A stretch of DNA of 64,000 nt from contig NC_073384.1 of assembly GCF_028641065.1 (NCBI RefSeq), forward strand, positions 48,050,001 to 48,114,000. The letters are read 5' to 3'. The stretch is from Leucoraja erinacea (lineage: Eukaryota). This document shows, piece after piece, positions 1 through 12,692 of the stretch; the stretch's first letter is position 1; every line of letters starts with the position of its first letter. Under the pieces are notes generated by a model, which was not told the origin of the DNA, did not search any database, and saw only the letters and a program-made list of their open reading frames with translations. A program made the position numbers and the translations under genes.

Positions 1-29
1 CCCAGGCAACATTCTAGTAAATCTCCTCT

Positions 30-585
30 GTACTCTCTCTATTTTGTTGACTGATACCATGATATATACCATGATATAAATATATACACACATGAATAAA
101 TAAACTGATAAAGTGCAAATAACAGAAAGTGGTTATTAATAATCAGAGTTTTGTCCGAGCCAGGTTTAATAGCCCGATGGCTGTGGGGAAGTAGCTATTC
201 CTGAACCTGGTTGTTGCAGTCTTCAGGCTCCTGTACCTTCTTCCTGAAGGTAGCAGGGAGATGAGTGTGTGGCCAGGATGGTGTGGGTCTTTGATGATAC
301 TGCCAGCCTTTTTGAGGCAGCGACTGCGATAAATTCCCTCGATAGAAGGAAGGTCAGAGCCGATGATGGACTGGGCAGTGTTTACTACTTTTTGTAGTCT
401 TTCCCTCTGCAGGGCGCTCAAATTGCCGATCCAAGCCACGATGCAACCGGTCAGCATGCTCTCTACTGTGCACATGTAGAAGTTAGAGAGAGTCTTCCTT
501 GACAAACCGACTCTCCGTAATCTTCTCGGGAAGTAGAGGCGCTGATGAGCTTTTTTGATAATTGCGTTAGTGTTCTCGGACTATA
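30..585 (-). mobile_element. Rex1/Babar LINE 3' fragment
   Basis: ORF 143-505(-): NFY.CTVES.LTGCI.AW...IIKDPHHPGHTLISLLPSGRRYRS...RFRNSYFP, the typical Rex/Babar C-terminus, plus 3' UTR. Confidence 0.85.
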
Positions 586-825
586 TATGGATGAGCTGCC
601 AGAGGAAGCAATTATGATATATATGGATCGGAAGGGTTGAGGGTGATACAGGCCAAATGCAGGCAAATGGGACAAGCCCAATATGCCAATTTGGTCGGTA
701 TGGACAAGGGCTGAAGGGCCTGTTTGCCAGCTGTACAGTTCTATGACTGTGACTCTACAGCAGGGACAAGATATGCCAAAGGTCCTGTTTCAATACTGAA
801 CAGCTCTATGACAATTGTGAGAATT

Positions 826-1310
826 TGACATTGTATTGTATTGTATATCTTTATTGTCATTTCCTGAGTATTCGCATACCCAGAGGAAACAAAAAAACGT
901 TGCTCAACCAGTGTCCATTCAGTGTACATGGAAAAAATAAATAGAAATAAAAATAAAAAATACATGTCATGAACAAATTTAACACTCTACTAAACATTCA
1001 ACAGCCGTTCCGACCAGCAGCGGCACAACAGTGGCTCTGCTGCAGTGTGGGGGTTTGTGCGCGATACTTGGCAGGGGGCAAAGTCCATTTAACAGTCTTA
1101 TAGCCTGTGGGAAGAAGCTGAGGAGCATCCTGCTGGTTTTGCAGCTAATGCTCCTGTACCTCTTCCCAGATGGGAGGATGGAGAAAATGTCATGCGATGG
1201 GTGGTAAGGGTCTTTGATGATGGAGATGGCTCTGTTGATACATCTCTTCCTGTATATGTCCAGCAGGAAGGGGAGTGGAGCACCAATAATCCTGCTTGCG
1301 GACATAATCT
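826..1310 (-). mobile_element. Rex1/Babar LINE 3' fragment
   Basis: IIKDPYHPSHDIFSILPSGKRYRS...SFFPQAIRLLN; AATAAA and (TACAA)n tail on the minus strand. Confidence 0.85.
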
Positions 1311-1409
1311 GCAAGTGAGTGAAGCTTTTAAGCTGAAAGTTTGAGAGCTCCAACAAGGGATGTCTTTGCAGAACTGCAAAAAAAGCTTCTGCAGTAACAA
1401 AAAATAACT

Positions 1410-1725
1410 GGGCAGCACAGTGCACAGTGGTAAAGTTACGGCCTTGCAGCGCTGGAGATCCAGGTTCGATCCCTAGTAAGGGTGCTGTCTGTAGACAGTT
1501 TGTACGTTTTCCCCGTGACCTGTGTGGGTTTTCTCCGAGATCTTCGGTTTCCTCCCACACTCCAAAGATGTACATGTATGTAGGTTAATTGGCTTGGTAA
1601 ATGTAAAAATTGTCCCTCATGTGTGTAGGATAGTGTTAATATGCGGGGATCGTTGGTCGGTGTGGACCCAGTAGGCTGAAGGGCCTGTTTCCGTGCTGTA
1701 TCTCTAAACCTAATTAAACTAAACT
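1410..1725 (+). mobile_element. HE1/V-SINE-type tRNA-derived SINE
   Basis: tRNA-like head (B box GGTTCGATCCC), V-domain GGTTTCCTCCCACACTCCAAAGA, CR1-type tail GGGCCTGTTTCCGTGCTGTATCTC(TAAAC)n. Confidence 0.85.
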
Positions 1726-2078
1726 GCACAGGTTTCAATTATGCAATGTTCAGAAAGGCATTTCAAGGATTTTTTAATCAAGTTTTCAGTACCTTTATTA
1801 TGTAACCAGTTGTGTAATTATTTGGCTAACCTTCAGTTAGCTATTTAAGTCCCATTGCTAACATCCTTGCAACACAGCTTCCAACCATCATTAACCTTCC
1901 GAAAACCATTACAGCTGCACTTGGTGAAAGTTTTCCTTTGCAAAATTATACATGGTTGATGCATATTTTTGCTGTTATAAAATTTGCCGTGAGGGGCGGT
2001 ATAGGATCATAATGATGGAGTACAGTATAACATAGTCAGCTTTAGATGTTTGTGTCAGAATTGAATTATATAGATTTA

Positions 2079-2306
2079 TGCCCCTGTCCCACTTAGGAAA
2101 CCTGAACGGAAACCTCTGGAGACTTTGTGCCCCGCCCAAGGTTTCCGTGCGGTTTCCCGGAGGTTTTTGTCAGTCTCCTCTACCTGCTTCCACTACCTGC
2201 AACCTCCGGCAACCACCTGCAACCTCCGGGATCCGCATGGAAACCTTGGGTGGGGCTCAAAGTCTCCAGAGGTTTCCGGTCAGATTTCCTAAGTGGGACA
2301 GGGGCA
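2079..2306. mobile_element. Palindromic MITE, PIF/Harbinger-type
   Basis: Long TIRs TGCCCCTGTCCCACTTAGGAAA.../...TTTCCTAAGTGGGACAGGGGCA; TTA on both sides (2076-2078, 2307-2309). Confidence 0.8.
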
Positions 2307-2850
2307 TTAGATGCCAAATAAACATTGTTTATTCTTCAATTATTAACTGGAATAAAAATAATTGTCATGATTAGAAGGGTTGTTTGAATCCTTTCATAAT
2401 GGTATCCCAACCAATCCCATTCTTTCCTTGCCACATCGGTCCTGATCCGAAACATCACCTTTCCATGTTCTCCAGAGATGCTGCAGTTCCCTGTTTCTCC
2501 TAATTTATTTCTCGTGTACTTGGCAATCGGGTTAATTGCAACCTTGGTTGGTCATTTGGAGCCCACGTTCTTGGCCTCCCAAATTAATCTCGGGCCTCAT
2601 AAGCCTGTGGTAGAAACCGAAATTCAGCTTGACAAGAAGTTGGTTAAATTGATACAAGCTGGGATTTAACCTGCAGGCTCGGACAGTTGCTGCCTTAACC
2701 AGCAGAAAGGCTTGAAAATATTTGCGCATCGTTCAACTATCATTATTTTACAGGCATCTTAACTGCAATGGGACCTCTGCCACTGACCCTCCTTGTGCTA
2801 CATGAGAGCTCAGCAATTACATAAGACTCTAAAGTTGGTGTTTTCACATA

Positions 2851-4440
2851 CAGTGCCCACCATAATGTTTGGGATTAAGACCCATCATTTATTTATTTGC
2901 CTTTGTACACCACAATTTGCGATTTGTAATAGAAAAAAAATCACATGTGGTTAAAGTGCACATTGTCAGATTTTATTAAAGGGTATTTTATACATTTTGG
3001 TTTCACCATGTAGAAATTACAGCTGTGTTTATACATAGTCCCCCCATTTCAGGCACCATAATGTTTTGGACACATGGCTTCACAGGTGTTTCTAGTTGCT
3101 CAGGTGTGTCTAAATGCCTCCTTGATGCGGGTATAAGAGAGCTCTCAGCACCTAGTCTTTCATCCAGTCTTTCCATCATCTTTGGAAACTCTTATTATCA
3201 AGATGAGGACCAAAGTCAATGAAAGTCAAATAAGCCATTATGAGAGTGAGAAACAAGAATACAACTGTTAGAGACATCAGCCAAACCTTAGACTTACCAA
3301 AATCAACTGTTTGGAACATCATTAAGAAGAAAGAGAGCACTGGTGAGCTTACTAATCGCAAAGGGACTGGCAGGCCAAGGAAGACCTCCACAGCTGATGA
3401 GAGCAGAATTATCTCTATAATAAAGAAAAACTCCCAAACACCTGTCCAACAGATCAGAAACTCTCTTCAGGAGTCAGGTGTGGATTTGTCAATGACCACT
3501 GTCCGCAGAAGACTTCATAAACAGAAATACAGAGGCTACACTGCAAGATGCAAACCACTGGTTTGCCAGAAAAATAGGATGACCAGGTTACAGTTTGCCA
3601 TGAAGCACTTAAAAGAGCAACCACAGTCCTGGGAAAAGGTCTTGTGGACACATGAGACGAAGATTAACTTATATCAGAGTAATGGCAAGAGCAATGAATG
3701 GAGGAGAGAAGGAACTGCCCAAGACCCAAAGCATACCACCTCATCTGTGAAACATGGTGGTGGGGGTGTTATGGCTGGGTATGTATGGCTGCTGAAGGTA
3801 CTGGCTCACTTAGCATAATGAATTCTGAAGTGTCTAGACACATCCTATCTGCTCAGGTTCAAACAACTGCCTCAAAACTCATTGGAGTCGGTTCATTCTA
3901 CAGCAAGACAATGATCCCAAACATACTGCTGAAGCAACAAAGGAGTTTTTCAAAGCTAAAAAATGAGTGACCAAGTCAATCACCAGATCTGAACCCAATT
4001 GAGCATGGCTTTTATATGCTGAAGAGAAAACTGAAGGGGACTAGCCCCCAAAACAAGCATGAGCTAAAGATGGCTGCAATACAGACCTGGTAGAGCATCA
4101 CCATAGAAGACACCCAGCAACTGGTGATGTCCATGAATCACAGACTTCAAGCAGTCATTGCATGCAAAGGATATGCAACAAAATACTACTACAACATGAC
4201 TACTTTCATTTACATGACATTGATGTGTCCCAAAATTTATGGTGCCCTGAATATATAAACACTGCTATAATTTCTACATGTTGAAACCAAAATGGATAAA
4301 AGTGGCCTTTATTAAAATCTGGCAATGTGCACTTTGACCACACCTGATTTTTTTTTTCTATTACAAATCTCAAAGTGTGGAGCACAGAGGCAAAAAAAAT
4401 ATATGATGGATCTTTGTCACACATATTATGGAGGGCACTG
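2851..4440 (+). mobile_element. Full-length but defective Tc1 transposon (IR/DR type)
   Basis: TA|CAGTGCCC...GGGCACTG|TA; ~220-bp imperfect TIRs. Transposase remnants (HTH, GRPRKT, KVLWT.E, VKHGGG.VM, QQDNDPKH, SPDLNPIE) broken by frameshifts, stops and a deletion. Confidence 0.93.
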
Positions 4441-5304
4441 TACTTTGCTTTCAGATTGTGTCAGAGGGTTGTAGAAAGTGGTGTTTGCAATTACCTGGTT
4501 CCCTTATTTGTATTTGCTGTATGGTTCATCATCCTGTACCTTGGCAAGGAGAGAAACCTTTAAACAGAAGCTTTTTATAGATATCATTCAGACTGCAACT
4601 CCCTTGATTTCACAGCACAGTGGTTCTGGTTTGGAAGCAGGCCAGCTGATATTAAGTCATTTTTTGTTTTGCATGGTGTGACTGAGAGTTCAATATTCCT
4701 GACTTAAGTTGAAACATTTGACATGTAATTAGAGAAAGCTGCATTATGTGGGATAATTAAATTATGCGGCAATTTCCGTAATGTGCTTAAGGTATTGAAA
4801 GAAAACTTAATCAGTTGGACTTAAAGATCTGCAGTTCTTTAAAATGGAGTTACCAAGTAATTGAAAGTCAATCACTGAAATGATTATGCAGGAATCAAAT
4901 TGCCTTTCCCTCTGTGGTGTACAGGGACTGGCATTCAAACATTCATGTCACAACTTAATCATTGTTATTTGCAGCAAATTAATTATTGCTCTTTGCACAC
5001 TATTGGGGCTGGAGAATTTCTTGAGTCTCTCGGTGGGTTTTTTACAAATAAGTGTTGATAATTGGATTGCGTTGACAGGAAAAAGATCGGGGGGGGGGGG
5101 GGGGGGGGGAAGGCAGTTTCGAAACTAAGCAGGAAAAACAAGTTATTTGTCACTGCATTTACCAATGAAACTAATAATCTAGCAGTTGCATTGTAGTCAT
5201 CAATAGGTCACCTGCAACATTTGCTTTAGATTTTTTCAGTGCAATGACTTGTAAGTGAACTATAGATGTGAAAATAGTTATTTAGCAAATTTAGTAAATA
5301 GAAA

Positions 5305-6257
5305 ATTAGCAAATTTGCAGATGACACAAAGCTGGGTGGCAGTGTGAACTGGGAGGAGGGTGCTATGAGAATGCAGGGTGATTTGGACATGTTGGGTGAG
5401 TAGGCAGATGCATGGCAGATGCAGTTTAATGTGGATAAATGTGAGGTTATCCATTTTGGTAGCAAAAACAGGAAGGCAGATTACTATCTAAATGATGTTG
5501 GGTTGGGAAAAGGGGAAGTACAACGGGATCTGGGGGTCCATGTTCATCAGTCAATGAAAGTAAGCATGCTGGTACAGCAGGCAATGAAGAAAACAAATGG
5601 CATGTTGGCCTTCATAACACGAGGAGTTGAGTATAGGAGCAAAGAGGTCCTTCTGCAGTTGTATAGATCCTGAGTGAGACCACACCTGGAGTATTGTGTG
5701 CAGTTTTGGTCTCCTAACTTGAGAAAGGACATTCTTGCTGTTGAGGGAGTGCAGCATAGGTTTACAAGGTTAATTCCCGGGATGGCGGGACTGTCATATG
5801 CTGAGAGAATGGAGCTTGTATACTCTGGAGTATATGGGCTTGTATACTCTGGAGTTTAGAAGGATAAGAGGGGATCTGATTGAAACAGATAAGATTATTA
5901 AGGGTTTGGACACGCTAGAGGCAGGAAACATGTTCCCGATGTTGGGGGAGTCCGGAACCAGGGGCCACAGTTTAAGAATAAGGGGTAAGCCATCTAGAAC
6001 GGAGACGAGGAAACACTTTTTCTCACAGAGAGTTGTGAGTTTGTGGAATTCTCTGCCTCAAAGGGCAGTGGAGGCCGGTTCTCTGGATACTTTCAGGAGA
6101 GAGCTAGATAGGGCTCTTAAAGTTAGCGGAGTCAGGGGATATGGGGAGAAGGCAGGAAAGGGGTACTGATTGGGGATGATCAGCCATGATCACGTTAAAT
6201 GGCGGTGCTGGCTCGAAAGGCCGAATGGCCTACTCCTGCACCTATTGTCTATTGTCT
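5305..6257 (+). mobile_element. CR1 (HER1-like) LINE, 5'-truncated
   Basis: SKFADDTKLGG, MQFNVDKCEV.HFG, RPHLEYCVQFWSP, FFSQRVV.LWN.LP; tail CCTGCACC(TATTGTC)n. Confidence 0.92.
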
Positions 6258-6726
6258 AAATTAATTGTGTGCTGGAACATTTTCCCTGAAGCTGCTTAAG
6301 GGAAATATTAGGTGCTGTTCCTATAATTTGTGTTTTGACAGTGGAGGAGGCCCTGGACACAATGTTTCCCTCTCCCCGATTGAAGTAGGGTTTTACCCTG
6401 AAACGTCACCTATTCCTTGTATATTAAATGGCTTCGATAAAGATTGCAAATTGTCCCTAGCATGTTGGATAGTGCTAGCATACGGGGATAGCTGGTGGGC
6501 CATAGGGCCTGTTTCCACACTGTATTTCTAAACTAAGCTAAAAAAGTGTTCACCATTCCTACAGCACGATTTGAACTCTTATCTTTAGTCTGGTCTTCTG
6601 GATTTCCTTTGCTTGTACATACAGCACAGCAAAAGCTATATCTCCAATGCTGCATTAGGAAGTAGGAACTACCAACTCTGTACAGGCAACATCCCTAGAA
6701 TGTAATCTAATGGTCTGACAGTCTAA

Positions 6727-7246
6727 AGGGGCTGTCCCACTGCGGCGACCTAATTGGCGAGTTTAGAAGAGTTTACCCACACAGCATGGTCGTCACAAGG
6801 TCCTAGGAGGTCTTTGTAACTCTCCGTCATGCTCGAGAGTAGTCCCTGCATACTCGAGGCCTCAGCTAGGTCGCAGCGTACATTTCAACATGCTGAAAAA
6901 TGTCCACGAGTTAAAAAAGGTCGCCATGGAAAAAAATCAATATTTTTTTTACTCGCAAGTTTAGTCGAAGTAGGTCGTAGGAGGTCGGCATGTTATGCGT
7001 AGGTAATCAAGGGTAGTCGAAGGTAATCCAAGGTAGTCGAAGGTAGTCATAGATAGTCTTCAACATAGTCGAAAGGAGGTCGAAGGAGATCATCTTCACT
7101 CTCCACTATTCGGTGTCCAATTTTCCCGAAGCTAATCAAAGCTAGTCTTCTACAGATTCGAAGGAGGTCTTCAACATGACACTTTTTCAAACTCTCCTAA
7201 ACTCTTCTAAACTCGCCAATTAGGTCGCCGTAGTGGGACAGCCCCT
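6727..7246. mobile_element. MITE, PIF/Harbinger-type
   Basis: ~45-bp TIRs AGGGGCTGTCCCACTGCGGCGACCTAATTGGCGAGTTTAGAAGAGTTT; flanks TAA/TTA; internal GGTAGTCGAA-type repeats. Confidence 0.78.
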
Positions 7247-7627
7247 TTACTGCCAGATGTACCACCAGCTTACTCAACGCAAGTTCATTTGTTCTGTGCA
7301 TGAATTTGATTCCAAAGTATATGTTATGTGTATGGATCATTTTTGTGCCTTTTAAGATGTGGTACATTTATAATTTTTGCTTGGTCTGAGCATGTCCAAT
7401 CCTGCTTTTTTAAAAATGTATGTTATTTTTACTAATCAATGCTGAGAAACTGCGGAGACAATTTGAAACGGTTCTCACTGAGTAATTTGATTCAAGTTTA
7501 TGCCAGCTGTTCTAATCGCCCGTCACAGTGGATGGAAGATGGGAAACTGCTTTCCCATCAGGAACAAGGAAACATTATTATGTTATGACCGATCACTCAC
7601 ACACTCCCAGTAAAGGATGTCATTAAA

Positions 7628-7940
7628 CCGGAAAAGGTGTTGAAAAGATTCATCAGGATGTTACCAAGACTGGAGGGCTTGAATTATAGGAAGCGACTAG
7701 AGTGGCTGGGAAATTTTCCCCACAGCGTAGGAGACTGAGAAGTAACCTTACAGAGATGTACAAAATCATGTGAGGCATAGGTTAAGTGCATGGTTACAGT
7801 CTTTGTTTCCCTGGGTAAAGGAGTCTGGAACAAGAGGGCATAGGTTTAAATTGAGAGTGGAAAGATTTAATGGAGATCAAAGGGGAAAATTTCCCACATA
7901 GAGGGCGACACACAAATGAAACGAGCTACCAGTGAAAGCG
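7628..7940 (+). mobile_element. Degenerate CR1 fragment
   Basis: Remnants of RF.RMLP.LEGL.Y..RL and TRGHRFKL. Confidence 0.7.
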
Positions 7941-8087
7941 TTAGTCCAACATACAACATGCAGGAACAAGCCAATCAGCCCACAATATCTGTGCTGAACA
8001 TGGTGCCAAAGCCAACCTTTATCTGACTGAAAATAATTCGTATCCCTCCATTCCTTACATATCCATGTGCTTATTTATCATATCATA

Positions 8088-9271
8088 TCTCTATACTTAT
8101 AAAACTGTATTTATTTGTGTATGTGTTAGTGTATAATCACATCTTCTCGCAAAAACGACGGGCTAACGGTAAACTTTTTACATATTCCGATAGAGATTTT
8201 TCCCGTGGAGTCTGAAATCGCCTTATCTGAAATTTTCATGCTTTATTTCTCAAGTTATTACTGAATTTTTTTTTAAATCGGACAAAATTTTGAAATAAAA
8301 ACAACTGTCTTTAGCTGATTATGTCACAATGTGTCTGCTCCGCGCGCCGTTCTGGCTCGTACTGCGAGTGGCATCACCCCCCCTCCCCACCTCTCCCTCC
8401 TCCCCCCTGCCGGGCCTCTCCCCCCACTCCCCCGGGAAACTGCCGGGCCTCTCCCCCACTCTCCCCCCTCCCCCCTCTCTCCCACTCTCTCCCGGGCCNN
8501 NNNNNNNNNNNNNNNNNNNNNNNNNNNNNNNNNNNNNNNNNNNNNNNNNNNNNNNNNNNNNNNNNNNNNNNNNNNNNNNNNNNNNNNNNNNNNNNNNNNN
8601 NNNNNNNNNNNNNNNNNNNNNNNNNNCCTCTCCCCTCCCCTTTTCCTTCTCCCTCTCCTCTCCCCCCCCCCGCCTCTCTCCACCCCCAGCCTCTCTCCCC
8701 CCCCCCCCCTCTCTCTCTTGTTTGTTTGTTTGTGTGTAATTACATCTTTGCGAAAAATCTACGTGGTACCAATAAATTTTTTACATATTCCGGTAGACAT
8801 TTTTCCCGTCGAGTCCAAAAGCTACTTATCTGAAAACTTTATGATTTATTTCTCGACATTACTGAAAATGTTTAAAATTACTTTGAATTTTAAATGTTTT
8901 TTACTGTTAAAATCATTCCTCACAGCTTCCAACACACTTTGATACAAAGTTGCAAGACAGGAATGCTGGCTGGAACACTCTGAACTTTTCAGCTGAATGG
9001 CATCTCACTGCAAGTGCATCTGACATTTGCAACAATGTTACCATCATTGCTCCTGGCAGGACAGGAGGGAGGGTCAATTGGTATTGCAATTGGGATTATT
9101 TTTTCAACTCCAGTGCTGGGGGAGGCTCACGAGCTATGATCTTGGCTGAGGAGTGCTCGAATCTTACCTTCGGCAACGGGTTGAGTTGGAGAACCATGCG
9201 TCACGTGGGGGCAACGGGTAGGGGACGGGTGCGTTGGGGGAGCAAACCTAACGGGTCTGCACTTGGTCTAG
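8088..9271 (+). mobile_element. Non-autonomous Helitron-like element (spans gap)
   Basis: A|TC...CTAG|T termini, no TSD, imperfect subterminal hairpin GCAAACCT-AAC-GGGTCTGC (9242-9260). Interrupts a minus-strand CR1 3' fragment. Confidence 0.65.
8499..8626. other. Assembly gap (128 N) in C/T-rich low-complexity sequence
   Basis: Run of n flanked by poly-C/CT tracts. Confidence 0.99.
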
Positions 9272-9272
9272 T

Positions 9273-10425
9273 GTCTCTTAAATACCACTATCATATCTGC
9301 CTCCACCATCCCCCCCAGTAGCATGTTCACCACCCTTAGTGTAAATTTTCTTTTTTACTTGCCCTGCATATCTCCTTTAAACATTGCCCCTTTTACCTCT
9401 AGTTTTTGTATTTTCCAGCTTGGGAAACAGGTTCTGTCTTCCCTAGTTTTGCCTCTCATAATTATATATCAGGTCTCCCTACAACCTCCGGCGTTCCAGA
9501 GAAAACATTCCAAGTCTGCCCAACATCTCACTGTAGCCAACACTCTTTAATCCAGACTTCATTCTGGTAAACCTCCTCCACCCTTTGCAAAGCCTCCAGT
9601 AATGAAACGACCAAAAATGGTGGACACAATACTTTCAATGTGATCTAACCAAAGTCCTATGAAGCTGCAAAGTGACTTCATGACTCATACTCAATGCCCT
9701 GAGTAAAGAAGGCAAACATACCATGTGTCACCTTTACCACTCTATCTACTTGTGTTGCCATGTTCAGGGAGATATGGACGTGGACCCCAAGATCCATCTG
9801 TACATCCATGCTGTTAAAGGTCATGCCACTAATTCAATATTTTCCCCTTGCATTCGACTTCCCAAACTGCCACACCTCACACTTGCTTTAATTCAACTCC
9901 ATTCCTATTTCCTTTTTTTATTTTTTATTTTTATTTATTATTAGTAGTGTACATTACAGTGATATAAGCCAAAAATAACATCATACATTTCCTGTACCAC
10001 TTCATATTTTAAACTTTAAAAAGAAGAAAAGTAAAGAGAGTTAGATAGAATGGTGAGTGCGTGAAAGAGTGATCAAGAGAGACCCTTAGAAACGTAAAAC
10101 TAGAAAAAGAGATAAGGAGAAAGCCAAAGAAAAAGAAAGTGAGAAAAAGACAGCTGAAGATATATAAAAGTGAAAAAAAGAAAAAAAAAAGATAAAAGGA
10201 ATGTACCTACTTATTTTTATTCCCCCCTCACTAGATCCTGAAATAATTTATTTTCAGTTATGTTGCGCCCTATACTTGTAATGTCGATAAATGGAGACCA
10301 AATCTTTTCTCCACACATTTCCGTAGCTGATCTGTTCCCACTGTAGACTTTGACAGCTTCCCTCACAGTCCGTGACCCCAGCGAACTTGGTATCGTTTGC
10401 AAACTTACTAACTAACCCATCTAGT
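9273..10425 (-). mobile_element. Degenerate CR1 fragment (continuation of 7950-8075), interrupted by an L1-type 3' end
   Basis: Minus strand LVSKFANDTK at ~10400; CR1 3' motifs at 9273-9900. Confidence 0.7.
9912..10310 (-). mobile_element. L1/Tx1-clade LINE 3' end
   Basis: Minus strand EKIWSPFI (fish-L1-like ORF2 C-terminal KIW.PF), T-rich 3' UTR and A-rich tail. Confidence 0.55.
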
Positions 10426-11149
10426 TTCATGGCCAAGACTAATCTGCGGTGAGTAGAGGTGACTAAGTAAAATGACAAGATTTATAAAACATTTTGACAT
10501 GTACGTTGGTACATTAGCGGGTTTAGAGGCATATGAGCCATACACAGGCAAATGGGGCTATCTCAACTATAAAACCGGATCAGTGTGAATGAGTTGGGCC
10601 GAATGGCCTGTTTCTGTGCTGCATGTCTCTATGACTCCAAGTGTTTGTTTTCCTGATGCAAATATCCCCTCTACTTTATGTATCAAGCAGTTAAATAGAT
10701 GTAGTGCAATTTTTGTCTTGAGAAAATACGTGAATGTGTTAGTGCAAAAAGAAAAGTTGATAACTATTTGTGTTGAAAGAAAAGTTGAAAGCTAAAAATT
10801 GCGAAACATCAATTTAGTTGATGGTATTTAAGAAATATATCAACATATAACATAATCCATCTAAATATCGTCCCATCATTCCCCAACTATTGTTTATTTG
10901 ATGATCTTTATCTTTTCATTGCACCCACCTCATCATTGGTCCAATTTATGCCTCTATTTGTGGGATACAATGGACAGTTCATGTCCCAGTTCTATTCAGG
11001 TCCATTCCACAGCCCTTATATCTGGTGTGTAAATGCCAGTGTTGGGGCCGCTTTGTGCTGTCACACAGTATGCAATGTCTCTTCATCTTTGTTGCAATTT
11101 TGCAGCTGGCTCCCATTTTTCATATAGTCCAAATGTGACTCATCCCTTT

Positions 11150-11495
11150 CTCATTATGTGCGTCTCAGGGGATACGTTAGTCACCAATATCCATTACAAG
11201 CCCACAGATTCCACAGCTGTGTTGACCAGATCTCCTCTCCCACTGCTTCCTGCAGGCACCAAGCCATTCTCCCAGTTATTCAGATGACGACACCTTCCAC
11301 ACCAGTGTTTCTCAGCTATTCATTGGCCTGGATGAGGTGGATCCAGCAATCCTTCATTGCTGGATCCACCCCATCTGAGGTGATGGATTCTCTCTGCGAT
11401 TAGTTCAATTTTCCATCTATATGTCCTGCCCTCCTTTATCGCCACCCAGTGAATGATAAGATTCCCTTGTTGCCACTTTGAATCCCACCATCCTG
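11150..11495 (+). mobile_element. Penelope-like RT remnant
   Basis: VSGDTLVTNIHYKPTDS and downstream IPL....HP motifs typical of the PLE RT thumb/linker. Confidence 0.6.
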
Positions 11496-11508
11496 CACAG
11501 TTAATAGA

Positions 11509-11714
11509 CACAAATTTCTGGAGTAACTCAACGGGTCAGGCAGCATGTCTGGATAAAAAGGGTGGATGACGTTTCCAGTTGGAACCCTTCACCCTTCAAA
11601 AGGATTCCGACCCGAAAGGTCATCCACCCTTTTTCTCCAGAGATGCCGCTGAGTTACTCCAGCACTTTTGTGTCTATCTTCAGTATTATCTAGCATCCGC
11701 AGTTCCTTCCCACA
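11509..11714. mobile_element. Palindromic Penelope-derived short element
   Basis: Inverted arms CTGGAGTAACTCA.CGGGTCAGGCAGCAT / ATGC..CTGAGTTACTCCAG; 13-bp TSD CACAGTTAATAGA (11496-11508, 11715-11727). Confidence 0.8.
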
Positions 11715-11871
11715 CACAGTTAATAGATTATGTTCTGTAATTGTTGCTATCATCAATATGATCCCACATAAAGGCAAATTGTACTGTAGATTACATATAT
11801 TTACTTGGTTTTTATTAGTGGATCGAAATGTGAAACATCCTGCTTAGTTCAATCTAATTTTCTTGGTTTAC

Positions 11872-12049
11872 GCTGGTTACGCAAATGCTGAAATCTTGAG
11901 CAAACTCAGCAGTTTTGCAGCATCTTGAAGATCAATCTGAAGAAGGGTTCCGACCGAAAAGGTCATTTGTGATGAAAGACAGATGATGTTTTGGGTCAGA
12001 ACTCTTCTTCAGACTGATCCTCAAGTTTCTCCAGCAGTTTGTTTTTTTG
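11872..12049. mobile_element. Rearranged Penelope-derived short element
   Basis: Contains CTGAAGAAGGGTTCCGACCGAAAAGGTC and an inverse core; flanked by duplicated TTCTTGGTTTAC. Confidence 0.65.
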
Positions 12050-12404
12050 TTCTTGGTTTACTAAATTATTCTCATCGTAAGCCAACTAAATTGTTGGCAA
12101 GGAATTCATGATTGCAATATTTCAGCCAAAAGGTTTTGCAATTTCTTCGGAAAACAAATAACATGGTGTTAAATTATGGGGATAACAGGAGAAAAAATAA
12201 TGAATAGTTGCTGCTCATGGAATTTTCTTTTGACATTAATGTAAACTGAAAGGCCACAGCAAACTTCACTGATAATATATTACCACTGATAAGCCAAGTT
12301 CACTTTAACCTTCTCAGAATTAATATTTCGACAGCATCTCTTCACATCCAATTTGTTGTACCCTTATGAGAAGCTTACAATAAAAATAATCACAAAACAT
12401 ACTT

Positions 12405-12692
12405 TAGTTTAATTTAGAGATACAGCGCGGAAACAGGCCCTTCAGCCCACTGTGTCGGCACCGACCAGCGATCCCCGCACACTAGCACTATCCTATACAC
12501 TAGGGACAATTTTGCATTTATACCATGCCTATTAACCTACAAACCTGTACGTCTTTGGAATGTGGCTGGAAACCGAAGAGCTCGGAGAAAACCCACTCAG
12601 GTCACAGGGAGAATGTACAGACTCCGTACAGACTAGCCCCCATAGTCAGGATCGAACCCGGGTCTCTGGCACTATAAGGTGGCAGGTCTACC
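12405..12692 (-). mobile_element. HE1/V-SINE-type SINE
   Basis: Reverse complement of the 1410-1725 consensus. Confidence 0.85.

Noticed and set aside
1410-1480. tRNA genes
   Set aside because: tRNA-like A/B boxes are SINE heads and continue into the SINE body.
3240-3818. Active or domesticated transposase
   Set aside because: Frameshifts, in-frame stops, the first catalytic Asp motif altered (WTHE) and an internal deletion.
5089-5109. Long G/C homopolymers (also ~17375, 32229, 51787, 56678) as G-quadruplex elements
   Set aside because: Simple slippage-prone runs, mostly inside repeats; lengths are unreliable in assemblies.
5814-5856. Short tandem duplications within repeats (also 37170-37235, 62440-62495, 23800-23830)
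   Set aside because: Local slippage duplications with no evidence of function.
8321-8942. Proline-rich ORFs
   Set aside because: They read through N-gap and poly-C sequence.
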